Below are positions 37,239 to 50,304 of a stretch of DNA of 64,000 nucleotides, piece by piece. A program made the position numbers and the translations under genes. Position 1 is the stretch's first letter. Each line of letters begins with the position of its first letter. A model generated the notes under the pieces. The model worked only from the letters and a program-made list of their open reading frames with translations. It did no database searches and was not told the DNA's origin. Origin of the DNA: Ramazzottius varieornatus (taxonomy: Eukaryota > Animalia > Tardigrada); the NCBI GenBank assembly GCA_001949185.1, contig BDGG01000015.1:563036-627035 (forward strand), read 5' to 3'.

Positions 37239-39605
37239 TTAGGAAGGTGGAGGTTGATGGCTGGTCGACGCAGACAGAAGTGTGGGAGTGGTTGTAGGCG
37301 GAAGTGTTGGTGTCGGAGTGGACGCTGCTGGTTTGCTCAAGTCTGTCGCTTCGTCGTCCTCGCCGAAGCCCATCCAGGACTGCTCGACAATAGCTTGGAC
37401 ACGCTTCTCATACTCCCGGCGATTCTCTTGGTACAACTGCGCTGCCAGACTATTGGCCGGAGAAGTGGGATTGGGTTCATCTAGCAGCGAATGGATGGAC
37501 GCTGAAATATCGTACGTCGGATTCAACATATCTCCCGAAGCCCGCATCCTGTTTTTGAAGCGAGAGGCCTATCCCAAGCTACAGTTTGCTTATGGTATGG
37601 AAGCATCGCGGAAGACATTTTCGGGTACACGACTCACACGCCAGACAGGGCGAACATCCTTCCTTGGAGCAGTGTTCGCCGATGACTGCAGAATGATCCG
37701 GTCACTTCCTGGTTGACTCTAGAACAGCGCTCTCATTGACGAGCGCGACCAGAATGAAGTAAAGAGAGCTTATACTATCGAAGGGCAGCAGTGTCTCGTC
37801 TTCGAAGTTTGCTCTTTCTGGTCGATCTCTCCCATTTCTCGGTTGCATCCGGCTGAGTTCAGCAAATAAACCAGTAAGGCGGAACAGACCAATGGCTACA
37901 AGAGTATCGGTGGCGGTTGGAGGGGAAGCTCTTTCAGACACCAGTCTAAACATTGCGAGCATGTATCAGTCAGAGCCATCAACCGATCGCATACGAGCTC
38001 TTCTGCGTTAGCCTACACAGGCCACGCGAGCAAGGTTACGCCCTGTTGCTAACAGTGTGTTGCTGCGGAACTTTGCGCATTCTCATTTCTTCGCCATTAT
38101 CCCGTGAAAGTCAAGCTAGCTGGTCGCATTTCGTGAGCCTCATTGCCTCCCAACTTATCCTCCTTTCCTGACAGGCCTGATCTGGAGTTTTCCTGCGTCC
38201 ACCTGTTGCACATACGTTTGGCATTGGGCAGCTTCGTCAGCGTAGAAGCCTGGTTGCTTGAAGGAGGCGCAGTCAATGTTGGAGCGAGGAGGATTATCGT
38301 TCCAGATCGCCAGACTGGTGATTTCTTCTCCCTTTGCATAATCCAGATAAGATTATCTAACCTCCACAGCGTTGTAAGAGCGGTGCCTCGCTGGGCTAGG
38401 ATCCCGTTGGTGGCTAAATGATCCGTAAACTGACGGGCTATCCTATTGCCGGGTCGTCCAGGCTGTCGACTTTGGATCGACCCAGTATTGCACAAGCGTT
38501 GGGCATCTTGTCCTGCTTGTTAACGATTAATTCGACAGCTTTCAAGGTCCATTCGATAGTTTGAGATGGCTTGTGCAAAGGTTTGTGGATGAATGCAGAC
38601 TTTGGCAGAAGAAAAGCCGGCGTCGTTACCGGTCATCATTTGTCCTTCATGTCATTGTAGAACGATTTCCCGGCCCTTGGCCATCATCTACTCGTCTTCA
38701 GCTACCTTCATCCAACCTGCGTCGAATCCGTGATTCGACGCAGCCAACCTTTGTTATCATTGTCGTCCGGAGAATCACCGTAATCGTGAATCGTACAACG
38801 TAGGAGCGTGAGTCGTACAACGGGCAGTCCTGACTACTGTTCCGCATGGGCGATTGTTCGGCGATAGCATCGGATTCAATGCGACCGTCTCCTTGTGGTT
38901 GCCAGCCATCAGAGCCTCCATGAGTGGGACATCATCTTTATCGATGGCTCGGAGAGCCTCCGCCGCGCTGTACTTAGCGCAGCTGATGGTCAACATTCGC
39001 TGTCCGATCTGCTCGCAGAACTTCGCGGCAAAGATGGACTCCAAAGTATGTCCAGACAGATACCGCCATCTGCGTAGACGTTCGGGTGAAACCTACGATC
39101 AAAGAACTGTTTAGCAGTGACACAAGTCATCTAAGTCAAAATAGCGAAGGACGAGGCCAACCCAAGGAAAATTCGAGAAAAGAAACGAGTACAAATTTCC
39201 AAACCTGCATACATATGATCGCACATTCACTACAGTCCGGAAGTATGCAGGTAACGCACGCAGATGAACTGGCCCATGACGTCAAACACAGCTTTACAGA
39301 AACTACGTACATTTTTGAGACGAATCGAATTGGTGGTTTTGCTCGGTAATCTTCTGTGCATTGTATCGAAAATTTGAAAGTTCTATCCTCGTAAGGAGTG
39401 TCGGGAGGACTGCAAGCAACGAACGTTAATCAAGGAAAGCTTCTGAGGCTGTGAGAAGGTTCCGAAACTGAACCACATACCCGAAGATCACGGCGTTCCA
39501 CATCATGACGTTACTCTCGCATGGAGTTGCGCTAATTCCTGGTGGCGGATCCTCCTGGAGCTTCTTGAAGTCCATCATGAGTCGGCGTCTTGCTGGAGTG
39601 GTCAT
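37239..39605 (-). pseudogene. UBE2A: Divergent Rad6/UBE2A-type ubiquitin-conjugating enzyme copy interrupted by about 1.5 kb of foreign sequence
   Basis: [28 protein letters not shown]|PPDTPYEDRTF..FVSKM|[16 protein letters not shown], then a break, resuming at [41 protein letters not shown]; substitutions and small deletions at conserved positions. Confidence 0.75.
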
Positions 39606-40311
39606 CTTATCGTCTTGTGATACAAAAGGATAAGCTGGCGATGGGATGATGTGAAGCACGGTCAGCAGTGCGATAATTCCCACCGTTGTTATTGAGTTGC
39701 CGAGGCTCCAAGTGGAGGTCCAGACTTCCCTACGATCGCAGTGCTCTTTCCCATTCCAATCATGCCACAGAAAGCTTTCCAGTTCTCGAACTTGGCTCGC
39801 GAGGATGAAGATGAAGAATCCGAAAAATTTCTTCGAAAAGTGAAACTGAAAATCGATGTGCTTTGACGTCACGTGAGTGGTGAGTCATCTCAGAGTGCTA
39901 AATGGGGAAGTTCATGGTTGATTGCCCTCCTCGTGGATTACTCATTGATTGGCCCATCCCGCTTTATTGCTTTCTGAATTCTGATTTTGATTTCTGAAAA
40001 TTCATGGGGACAGCAACAGGCAACATTGCACCAAGTCGCGGCTGGCAATTGCAGTGACGAACGGAAAGGTTATTTTTTGCTTACAGCTGTTTACCTAATC
40101 CCCATCAGACTGAACGGATAGGACTTACGGGGTTTCATTACAGCAGAGCAACGTCAACGATGAGGACAAGTGGACGGATAATCGTCTGAGCCGCCTACAT
40201 ACGTAAACAGTTCCTCCGACTTCCGAGCAGTGCCACAGATCACGCACGTGGCTCACTCTTTCAGTCCTAATTAATCTTGGTCGTTTTCTCTTGCAGGCAA
40301 TCTCTTGAAGC

Positions 40312-42471
40312 ATGTTCAAAGGTGCCATCCGATCGGAAATGGAGGAATACGATCACTTTAGTCCCAGTCAGCAGCTGGATTACCCACCGAAAGTAGACTC
40401 ATCCGGACGAACCATCGTCATGGGAGACCGCGATGCCAAATTCCGTTCTCGCTTCCCCGAGATTGCCGCTTACGAGTACCTGCAGAAATGTAAGGGTAGT
40501 CCACAGGAAATTTGTGCGATCAGTCATATCTTTGTACTTTTAGTTATTCCTTGTGTGTGGCGCAAGGATCACAGCAGTCGTTCGCTGCGTGGGGGATTGT
40601 ACCTGACGGAAAACCATATCGGCTTCTACTGCGCAAGCAAGGCGGGGAAGCTGAAAGAAGATGAACGCAGGTTGCTGATTGAAATTGTGACCGTCACGCA
40701 GGTGTCAAAGACGCGGTCCATGAATGTCTTCCCGGATAGCATTACTATTGAAACTGCTGGCGGAGGACGGGTAAGCAAATTAGCTCGTCGTACATGATGT
40801 CAGTAAATGTTGTCCCTGGTTTGTCACTCCTTGGGTCGAAGTACCGGGGTTGAAATATACGGTGGTGTTTTGCTTTGCGCCACTTCACCGTATTCATTAC
40901 AGAAGGCTCTGTCAACCGGAAGTGGGAGTTTCCGAAATTGCGTCCGGTTGTAATTACAATTTTGGCATATACCTTCATCAATTTTGAAGTTTTGGATAAT
41001 CTGGGGGAGATGAAGGGAATAATTATCGGTAGAAACATTTCCGGTGGGGAAGAGGTCGGTAAAGGCACTTGACGTCTTGGCGGCTCGACGATGTCGTTGC
41101 CTCGTTTTGACGTTGTTGGCTCAGCAGCCTGAGCTTCATTCCGCGGAGTTTCCGGTTTATCTGACGGTGAACTCGGTGGTTAGAAGTATAGGTTATTTCA
41201 GTCACACACCTGTGGTAGAACGCAAACCGGTAAATGATAGATGGGTAAAAACCTGTTGCATGCTGCTTTGTTTGTTCACTTCGTTGTTGTTCTTACTGCC
41301 CAGTTTTGATTGATGTTAATTAATTCTTAGATACATTGGCAAGGAAATTTCATTGTGTCTAATTACCTCTTGTTTTTTCGTTGCAGTACGTCTTCGCCCA
41401 GATCTTCTCGCGCAATGTTGTGTACAAAGCCATCTGTGATCTCTGCGGCATCCAACCCACTGTTGACTCGCGACGAGGCTCCCTCGATCCTTCTGCCTTC
41501 GGGGACATGGACGACGATCGAAGTTCGCTGGACAGACAGTCGCTCCCCAACGAAAAGGACCGTAGTGCGTCCTCGTCCACCTCCTCTACCACCCCTCCAG
41601 ACGTCCGTCGAATGCTGTCGGTCGTCCCGGAGCATGAACACACGGAAAGTGGTCAACCGGAAGTCACTTCCGGGCAGTTCCACACACCACATGTTTCTCG
41701 GATGAATAGCCGAATTGAACAACATGTTGTCGACATTGAAACAGACCGAGCTCTGGATACCGATGAGGGCATCGGCTTGGTGACCGAGCCAGAGACTAGC
41801 GTGATAGGCCAACGCATCATCTGGCTTCTCCGAGTGATGTAGGTATCTTCATCAGTCGCCTAGGCGAAGAACATAGGCGACCAGATTGTTTCCTCGAGCG
41901 GTGCACGCTTTCAGCCAACAGCACTGGCAAAGTGCGCCGCTTTGGGGAAACGATTAAGCTAGACAGGTTTGTTTTCCCAAGCGGCGCACGTTTCAGCCAT
42001 TAACAATAGTAGCGTCTGCCACTTGGAAATTCAGTCTTGGCGAATCTGTTTGCCGATCTCCCAGTTTTCGTCTGGTCTTCTATTTTGTTTCAAGAAACCG
42101 CATTAGCTTTATTATTCTCGTTTTCTTTTCGTTTCATTTCTCTGTATTTTTGCACTTCTTTGTTTTCAGTGCGGGTTTGCTGGTGTTCACTGCGCTAGTC
42201 TCCGTTTATCGAATTGTCGTTTCTCCGGCTCAACCACCGTGAGTTTAAATTTTTCATCATTTTCCTGCTTTTAGTCTGGACATGTGAAAATTAGAAACGG
42301 ATGTCACACTGGTTTCTTTGCAGGCTACTGAATGCTGGAGATGATTTTATGGCGTCGTTTGGGGAAGCTAAACATGCAACCCAAGCTTTGATGGGTGTTG
42401 CTCAACGAGCACAGACGTTTCTGCAGGCTGTCTGTGATGCTCATGTCCAAGGGAAGCCTGCTGTGAGTTAA
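40312..42471 (+). CDS. GRAM-domain membrane protein (GRAMD2-like), about 5 exons
   Basis: KFRSRFPEI, C.W....LRGGLYLTENHIGFY, VSKTRSMNVFPDSITIET|YVFAQIFSRNVVYKAI; C-terminal TM segment and helix. Confidence 0.8.
41860..42062. mobile_element. Family A element (two cassettes) in GRAM gene intron
   Basis: Two cassettes; ends TCTGTTTGCCGATCTCCC. Confidence 0.75.
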
Positions 42472-43180
42472 CGGGATGTGATCCGATGGAAATGTGATAC
42501 AGGATGGATCTGGCGACCAGACTTCCCGAGCCGCTAGTGCTGGATCTCTTGTGATACCTTCTAACTTATAATAAACTAAAAATCAGGCCTTTCATTTCAA
42601 AGTTTCGCTTCTGATTCTCAAAGCTCAGTGGTATTTTACTGTGATGGCAGTTTTATCTCTTGAGTTCGACTTATTGTCTGTTTTTTCAATGATATGGACT
42701 CCCATGACCGTACTGCCTGTACTCGCACTCGTAGTTTTATTTTTAGTTCCCTTTCATACCCGAGTTTTCGAGAAGTTCTGCGTGGGGCCGATGCACCCCG
42801 AGATTTGAGTGATAACTGAGTTCTTCTAACGTACAGTGCTATTTGAAAGCTGACGACTTCAGTTTGAGCAGTGAGAACGTTTCGAAACAGCGGAGTCCTG
42901 AAAAGCCTGTTCCGCGTAGTCTGCGATCATAAAATAGGCAACCGGAAGTCCAGAACGCCCTCTGTAGTCGCCCAGCCAATTTTTGCGAAACTGTTCTTTG
43001 ACGTCACCGGAAGTCGATGCTGGCTCTCAATCAACCAAGAACGTCGATCTTGATTTAGTGCTCGTAGCCTCGTACATCAAATTTGGAGATTTCTGCCATA
43101 CGACTGATACGTCAGATACGAGCTTGCTTGCTTGGGAGTTGGGAAATTTCTTCCGTGTTGATTCAGCCTAGACCTGGGAC

Positions 43181-45373
43181 ATGGATCCACCTAAAGACGA
43201 TCAGGAACCGATGGAAGAAGAGAGTGACGAAGAACTATCCCCGATAGAGCAAGCAATGAAAGCCGTACGAAGCGGGATGTCTCAGAACAAGGCTGCGAAA
43301 ACGTTCAATGTCTGCCGGGCCACCCTGGCTAACAAGCTGAAAGGCAGGCATCTTGGTCGGTGGGGAGGACAATGTCGCTTCGATCCGCCGGAAGAATTGA
43401 TCCTCCTAGAAGCCATGAAGCAGTGCCGTGCTTTAGGACTCCAGATCAATCGCCAGAAGAACATCAAGGTGGTGGAAAAGATGGCGGCCAGCAAAGGTAG
43501 GTGCTTGATTATTCGCAAAGTTGATCATCCCATAAACGTGCAACAGCTGTGCCATACCTCATCTCAAAACGGTGATACGCGTCACGCGCTCATTAGGGTG
43601 GGCTAAATCCTGAGTGCAGCACGTGGAATTTGTAACTCCTATTAGAATAATAAATTGATTCTACCCACACATAGGCACGGCCTTGATCTAACCTTCTTGT
43701 CAAGGCCGTGTCCGTGCAAGTTCTGCGCTGCCTGGTTTGGTCCTACGATTTCGGACCTCTCAGTTCTCATCAAGAATGAAAAACCTGGACAGTGGCATAA
43801 CTGCTTGTGTTACAGGTGTTGATCCAGCGAAATTCGAAACTCCCTGGCTACGTGGTATTCTTCGTCGGTATCCACTCGAAGGTCTGGACTCCACGGCTTC
43901 AGACAAAGAAGAGGACGCGGAAGCAGTGGCTGAAGCTAGCGTCCAGATGACCGACGCCAGTATCTCTATAGCCGATATGAACCTTCCTCTTTCAAAGCCA
44001 AAGCCTTCCTTTGCGGACCTTCAAGCTGAACTCTGCGGCGCGGAACTAATGAAAGAGCTTCATGGCGGCGGCTTCCTAGAAGACCCACAAGGTCTTTGGG
44101 TCATCGTCGAGTCCCTCATATCCGTCAAAGGTATCTCGTCATCCCGGGACCCTGCGATATTATGTAACTTACACGAGTTTCGTGCTGTAGGTTATTACAG
44201 AAAGTACTATGGCGCGTCGAATACGCCAGGATCAGAGAAGCCTCTTCGCGTGTTGGTGTGCTGTAACGCCAGCGGGTCCTTCTTGCCGCCTTGCGTTCTG
44301 GTTCCCAAGGACCTCAACGACCCAGAAAACCGCAATTTTGAGCAATTTAGCCAACTGGCTCGACAACATTTGTTCCCACTACTAAGCGCGCAGAAGGTGA
44401 GATTTCTTAATTGCTAGGTTCACAAACGAAACAGAGAAACCGTTAACTCAAGTGGCTCATGATTTCAGCCAGTAACAGTAAGGATGTGCGCCGCTTGAGC
44501 TGACTATTGGTATGTTTCGTTTGCCAGCCTCCCATTTGAAATTCTTCCGTGACTATGATGCGTGTATTTCAGAATGTGATACTCTTGGATCGAGCCGCTA
44601 CCCAACTTCGCAGGGAGCCCGATTTTGTCATGGCTTGCTCGGAATCTGACAAAGAAATAAAGCTCCTACCCTTTCCACGGGGAAAGATCTCCCAGAACTG
44701 GAGCGTCAAAGCCGCAGCCGTGCTAAACAAATGCTGGTGCATCTACCTTAAAACGGCGTACATTCATAGCGATGCCCAACCAAACGTAAGCTTCGACATG
44801 GACCACATGGTACATAGGCAAACAAATTCGACAAGATTGCGTTTCCAAGTGACGCACGCTTTCAGTCGAGAGCACTGGGAACGTGCGCCACTTGGAACAG
44901 TCGAATTCGTCAAGATCGTTTTTTTGCGAGTGTTTTCGTCTGATGGTTTCGCTGACAGTATATATGTCTTCTAGGAAGGAAATCTTTACGATGTTGTGGA
45001 ACATCTGAAGAAAGCCTGGACCAAGTTGCCGTTGAAGAAAGTGATCCAGACGGCCTTCGAAAAGACCGGTTTGTATCCCTACAAGCCGGAAGCACTGGCT
45101 GAAACGGTCGAAGCTAAAGTTCTAGTGACTGGTCGGTTGAAAGCAGCTGTTCGGAGGCTTCCCCACAAGCAGAAGCGAGCTGCGGTCCGCCAGCTGCTGA
45201 CCGACATGGGTCTGACGAAAGAGCAGTACTTGCCTATCATGAATTCTATCCGAAGGCATCTCGACGCCAACCTTCCCGAAGGACAACGGTTAACTCGTGT
45301 TAAACCTCTACCCAAACGCACCAAGGAGCAAATCGCTGCCGAGGAAGCGACGTTCCTGGAGGAAGAAATTTAG
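43181..45373 (+). CDS. Pogo/CENP-B-like transposase-derived protein A (psq-type HTH + CENP-B HTH + degenerate DDE region), 5 exons
   Basis: AMKAVRSGMSQNKAAKTFNVCRATL, EELILL, WLRGILRRYP, VLVCCNASGSFLPP, VILLD, AW...AFEKTGLYPY; introns 43497-43815, 44131-44190, 44397-44572, 44786-44974 keep frame. Confidence 0.8.
44415..44533. mobile_element. Family A element in intron 3 of protein A
   Basis: CAAGTGGCTCAT...GTGCGCCGCTTG; GTTTGCCAGCCTCCC end. Confidence 0.6.
44815..44930. mobile_element. Family A element in intron 4 of protein A
   Basis: GGCAAACAAATTCGACAAG plus one cassette. Confidence 0.65.
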
Positions 45374-45577
45374 CGCTTTTTAAACCTTTTTTTCAGATGA
45401 ACGGTTTTTGTAGATTGTGTATGATGCTGTTCGGCATATCGTTCTGATAACTTAACAGCTGAATATCGTATGCAGCGGTTAGACTGTGACGAACAAAAGC
45501 TCTTGCAGGACATCTTCTCAGTTCGATGAAAGGTCGCAGTCCTTCGAGCTTCATCTCCAAGCACGAACAGCACTTAG

Positions 45578-46091
45578 TACTCTGCGTACGACCGTCCTCT
45601 TTGTGTATACAATCACTCAGTTTTATTCACCTCCCAGTTTTAGCTTTTGGTCTTTCGGGTCTGGCTCTTTTTGTTTGCATGTACCTCGGTCTTCTCACCA
45701 AAGCAACACTAATGACCAGCGGTCAGCAAAACCCCAGCACGCTGGAAATTTCTTTTACGGTTTTGGGGAAATTTGGTGTTTCGTCTCTTCGCGCGAGACA
45801 CGTCCACGGTATTCGCTTAGAAAAAAACTGGAGCACTGGGGACAGTCTTATCTGTCGAAGCCGAGCCTGGGATAAATTTTGTAGTCATCAGTGCGCTCAG
45901 AAGAAAATCGAGACGACCAGTTCTCCCTTTTGAGATTTGGCGTTCATGGCCAAGTATCCGAATTTTGGAATTATGAAAATTGCCTATTGGTTGGACCAGC
46001 CTCTGCAACACGGTACCAGCCAATAAAATTCCTGTATACACAAAGAGGACGGTAGTATTCTGCAAACATGAAAATGATCGTGCTGAAAGTG
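45578..46091. mobile_element. 514-bp non-autonomous piggyBac-like element, copy 1
   Basis: Near-identical to 56271-56784; subterminal inverted repeat ACCGTCCTCTTTGTGTATACA; flanked TTAG/TTAA. Confidence 0.75.
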
Positions 46092-46521
46092 TTAAAGCGG
46101 ATCTAGATCAGAATTCTAGGCCAGTTCACAGAATTCCACGAAAAACTGCCGAGGAGAAAAAAACCGCAGACGAAGATCAGGAAGCGAGAAGCGAAAAATT
46201 TCCGAGGGAAACAATCGCTAGGAACAAAGGGAACGCCCCTGGGCGCTCAACAGGTAATACGTCCGCAACAGGTGGCGACCCAAGGGGTGGGGCGGGCCGA
46301 TCCTTTATCTGTGTGAAAAAGAGCCATCCTTCCCTTGGCATCCTCGTATACCCAGGGCTCGCACGGGCCAAAGATCCGAAACTGGCTTGTTTGTCTTCCA
46401 TTTTGATTTCTCACTTTTCTGCAAATGAGCTGACCAAATAGGTGACAAAGTCCAGACTCCTTGTTGGGTGGATTACCTTTAGTAGCTTGTTTTGTTCTGT
46501 GTTTCAGGACGGGTCGCGAAC

Positions 46522-48304
46522 ATGCAGAACGCGGAGAATACTTGTGAACCACTTCTGGAGGTGGCATCCGGTAATAGTGTGGTAGGTATCAGGAAGCTGC
46601 GTGCGGAAAGCGCACTTGGTAAACAGGCGACAGTTCGTCTCCGAAAGATCGTTGGCGACAGCTTAGCGGGGAAAGAGGCGACTGGTCCGAAGCAAGAAAG
46701 AAGTGTTTCGAAGAAAGAGATGGCTGGTCTAAAAGAACGAAACTGTTGGTCCCGAGGAAAGTAGTCAAAGAGTCCGTGGCCAAGGTCAACCTTCCGCAGT
46801 ATGAACAGAACGGCGAGGCGCTCGTCAACATGCAGTTTTTCGACGCAAACGCCAGTGTAAGTTGTGTGAATCTTCCTGCTAGTTTCCGGTTACCAAGTAG
46901 AATTCCTCGATCGTTCCAGGTTGGCGTTATGGACAACTTTAGCTGGAAAGAACGTGACACAATTCAGGTCGGTACTTTGTTAATCCTGGTATTCGTTCGG
47001 AAAAATTACTTCTGGAAGTGGTGATCCCTCAAGAATGCTACTATAGTATTTGATTTTACAGTGTCCGTTCAACTCAGCACACCGATTCGGCACCCGAAAG
47101 GAAGATCATGTTAACCAGTGTACTCGGGTAAGCATCGGTTTTGCTGATCGATTGACTGACAGTCCAGTGGAAATCTTCTAGAAGTCATTACCAAGTCTTC
47201 TGTAGTAGCTTTATCTTCAACAGGCTAGTGGTCATGGCAAGAAGCTGCCGCAGTGCAACTACAATCGGTTCACCATCTTTTCCCGCATCAAGAAGCTGAC
47301 CTTTACCGCTTCTGCGCCACATTCCTGATGCAAAAAGCCCAATACCGCTTCAACTTCCCAAGTATGAGCGACTTTTTCCTCGTCACGCTGGGGTTGCCCC
47401 CGGAAGATAAAGCTAACTGGACCTACGAGTGGTACTTGGCCTACGAGTGTAAAGAAAGGTTGGAGACGCCCAACGTCTACAACGGGGAAAAGAATTTCGA
47501 CTGGTTCGAGCGCAATGTGACAACCAGACGTAAGCACCCATTTTTCTCTTCTATTCGGCTCTTTGTTATTTTACTTTGACTGTATATCGTCCCAAACTTT
47601 TTTATGGGAGATGACATCAGGGAGCCGTTGTGCAAAGTGGTTATAGCCGAAGGGAAAAAACTCCGTGAAGAAGAAGCGCGTAACCCACTTCTCCTCGTGC
47701 CGAACTTCCACCATCGACGACGACCTCGCCTGCTGATGCCCATTCAGCCTGAAGTGGAAGAAGATCCCGAGTTCGCCCACCTCGCCGTCAAGCCGATCAA
47801 GAAGACTCCGGAGTACGTTCGTCCACCACGCGACACTTGGGGTAAGCAGACCGATGATTTGAGACGCGGGCAAATGCCCTGAACCAGCTAGATCTGTTTC
47901 CCAAGTAGCGCACACTTTCAGCAAAAGATAATGGAAGCGTGCGCCACTTGAGATAACGGACTAGTTCGATCCATTTGCCCACGTCCTAATATCCTACCAA
48001 CTTGGAAAATGTAGAGAAAGTTGGATTTAGCAGGCTTAGGCTCTGTATTTTAGATGAGGAAGAGTTCTTCCGTACGGAGGTTGACTACAAGGCGCCTGTC
48101 CGACAAAGATTCCTTTCTGAACTGGGATGGGCGTACTTCGATCTTCTGGTGGAGCGAAACCGCGTTGAAGAAGAAACCGGAGTCAAGCAGCCTCGTTCTG
48201 ACCCTGACAAGTTTATGATGGAAGTCTGGCTGCCGAAACAGATCAAGAAGAAGGAAGAGGCAGCTCGCGGCCAGACTGGTCAGGACTCCAAGTCTGTCAA
48301 GTGA
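46522..48304 (+). pseudogene. GTSF1/Asterix-like tandem CHHC zinc-finger gene, disrupted
   Basis: CPFNSAH-x8-HVNQC, then CNYNRF[frameshift at about 47270]HHLFPHQEADLYRFC (second His is Leu); the intron starting at 47530 needs an acceptor at 47588-47589 that reads CG rather than AG; start codon uncertain. Confidence 0.6.
47865..47986. mobile_element. Family A element in GTSF1-like intron
   Basis: CAAGTAGCGCAC-25nt-GTGCGCCACTTG. Confidence 0.65.
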
Positions 48305-49009
48305 GGAATTGCTTTTAGATGATTACACGGAGTCGAACATTTCGGTTGTTTAAAGTCCTTGAGGTTCTTGCGTGAAGTCTTGGAATTAGTTGCTGTGTAG
48401 CCCTTGGGTTAAACTTGATCTTTCCCCTCACTCTGACGGCATGTGAGAACCCATAGGGTTCCCGAGCTTCTTATCTACATCGTACCGGTATACCTCAAGA
48501 CTTTTTGCTTCAGTGTTTCTAGATTTTGACTCAGTCTCTGACATAGGATGTCCTGACTACTATTCAGAAAGCATCACGTTTCGGTTAAACTGTTTCCATT
48601 CAGGGTTCGTAGCCGCCATTTCCCCGAAGTTTACGGCTCCGATTTACTTGGGTTATTGGAAGATGTTTTTGGTTGTCAAATATCACAAAAATGCCTCTGG
48701 GTGTATGCAGGGTCGGTGTATGCAAGAAGTACACCATTTTTTTGTGTATCCGACACAAAAAAACTACCAAAACTGTTCCTATTCAGAGTTGTGTTCACTA
48801 AGCTGAGAGAATGAAAATAGAATGACTGAAGTCTACTGTATCGTGCTCGAAGTGGAAACAATAGAAAAACATGATGGTCAGATATCTGAAAATCAAGCCT
48901 AAGACTTCCGGCTCCAACTTAAACCAGCTCATGCCCAGATAACGCTACCACTGAAAACAAAAAGTTCATTCAACTGTTCTGTCAGTTCGTACAGCAACTT
49001 CCGAACCTT

Positions 49010-50304
49010 TCAATCGGCCTTAAACGTCAAAGTCCTTCGGGAACGGATGAGGAGGCAGCTTGAACTTTCTTTTCCGTCACATTGTAACACGGACACCTAG
49101 AACGCAGCGAGAAAATTAGACCCTAAAGCGAATGAAATTGAGCGAACGAACTTGACGAGATCGATCAACCAAGCGGCGCACTCCCGCAGCCAATAACGCT
49201 GATCGAGTGCGTCACATTGAAAAACAATCACATTGGTCAGGATCGACCGATCAAGCGGCGCACGCTATCAGCTAACAACACTGCAAGCGTGCGCCACAAA
49301 GGAAAACAATCTGCCTGAGCTTGTTAGCCGATCTCCCGTGTAAGACCCAGCTGATGGACTCACCAGTGAAGGTACATGTTGTCCGCATACTTGAAAGCTT
49401 CTAACGGCTTTCCCTTCAAGACGCTCAACGAAGCCTTCAACCACTCCTTCTGATCTTCACCATACGGCCAGATGAGTCCCCCCTCATCAAAGCGCTTGTA
49501 CAGCCAGTCCTGTCTCACATCAGTGAACGGGAACCTCTCGATCTTGAGGAAAGCCTCATCAAAAACCAGCGAAGGCACGACCACCTTGAGGTTCCAGTTA
49601 ACCCCCATCGGTTCAAACTGGTCTCCCCAAGCAGGGCTACGATAGCGAGACCCGAAGAGAAACTCTTTCTCATATGTGCTGATTTCACACTCTTTCTTAA
49701 CACTACCGTCTTTCCCTTCTCCACGAAGAACGCCGCCGTTTCGAGAACCCGCTGATCGGTGAAAGAGCTTCCCCAGAAAGTGATGTTGGAGAGTGTTTGC
49801 GGAAGGGCGAGCAGCTTGTCGCGCTGGCCGAGATCTTTCAGCGTGGCGGCTTCTCCCATTCACACGAACTGGGTGACGCCTTCCAAGTTGGCTACAAAAA
49901 GAGTCAACCAGAATTTAGCCAAAAACAGAGCTCGCTCCATCTGCGTTTCCCCGCGGAAATCGGCGCCGACGCGCCAGTCGACGAAAGCGATGCCTTTGTT
50001 GATGGCCACGGTGTCCAACATGATGTCTCTCCATGCGGGAGCCACTCTGTCAAGATACGAGGCTACAACTTCGGAGAGTGCACTAAGATCAAGAACCGGT
50101 GTATTACCTGCTGAATTTAGCGGAAGTGCGGAGGTCCAAGTAGGCGAAGGTTTCCTTAATGGGGTAGAACTGCGTCTTCTTCCAAAGATAGCTCACGGCG
50201 TATTTTGTTTCGACCGGCACGTCCTCCACATCGTCTTGGTGTGGCTTGAGCTTCTTGAACGACAGCGTGCTTTGGACCAGCGAGTCTCTCTGGCGGCGAG
50301 GCAT
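49010..50304 (-). pseudogene. F-box protein pseudogene
   Basis: FYPIKETFAYLDLRTSAKFS|RVAPAWRDIM resembles an F-box; in-frame TGA at 49860-49862 and an apparent downstream frameshift. Confidence 0.55.
49140..49337. mobile_element. Family A element (two cassettes) in F-box pseudogene intron
   Basis: Two CAAGCGGCGCAC cassettes; GCCGATCTCCC end. Confidence 0.7.

Noticed and set aside
43673-43717. Small GCACGGCC...GGCCGTG palindrome, with related bits at about 3410 and 5200
   Set aside because: Possibly another tiny repeat family, but too short and degenerate to delimit
45486-46065. ORFs duplicated at 45.5 kb and 56.3 kb
   Set aside because: Incidental frames inside the non-autonomous 514-bp element
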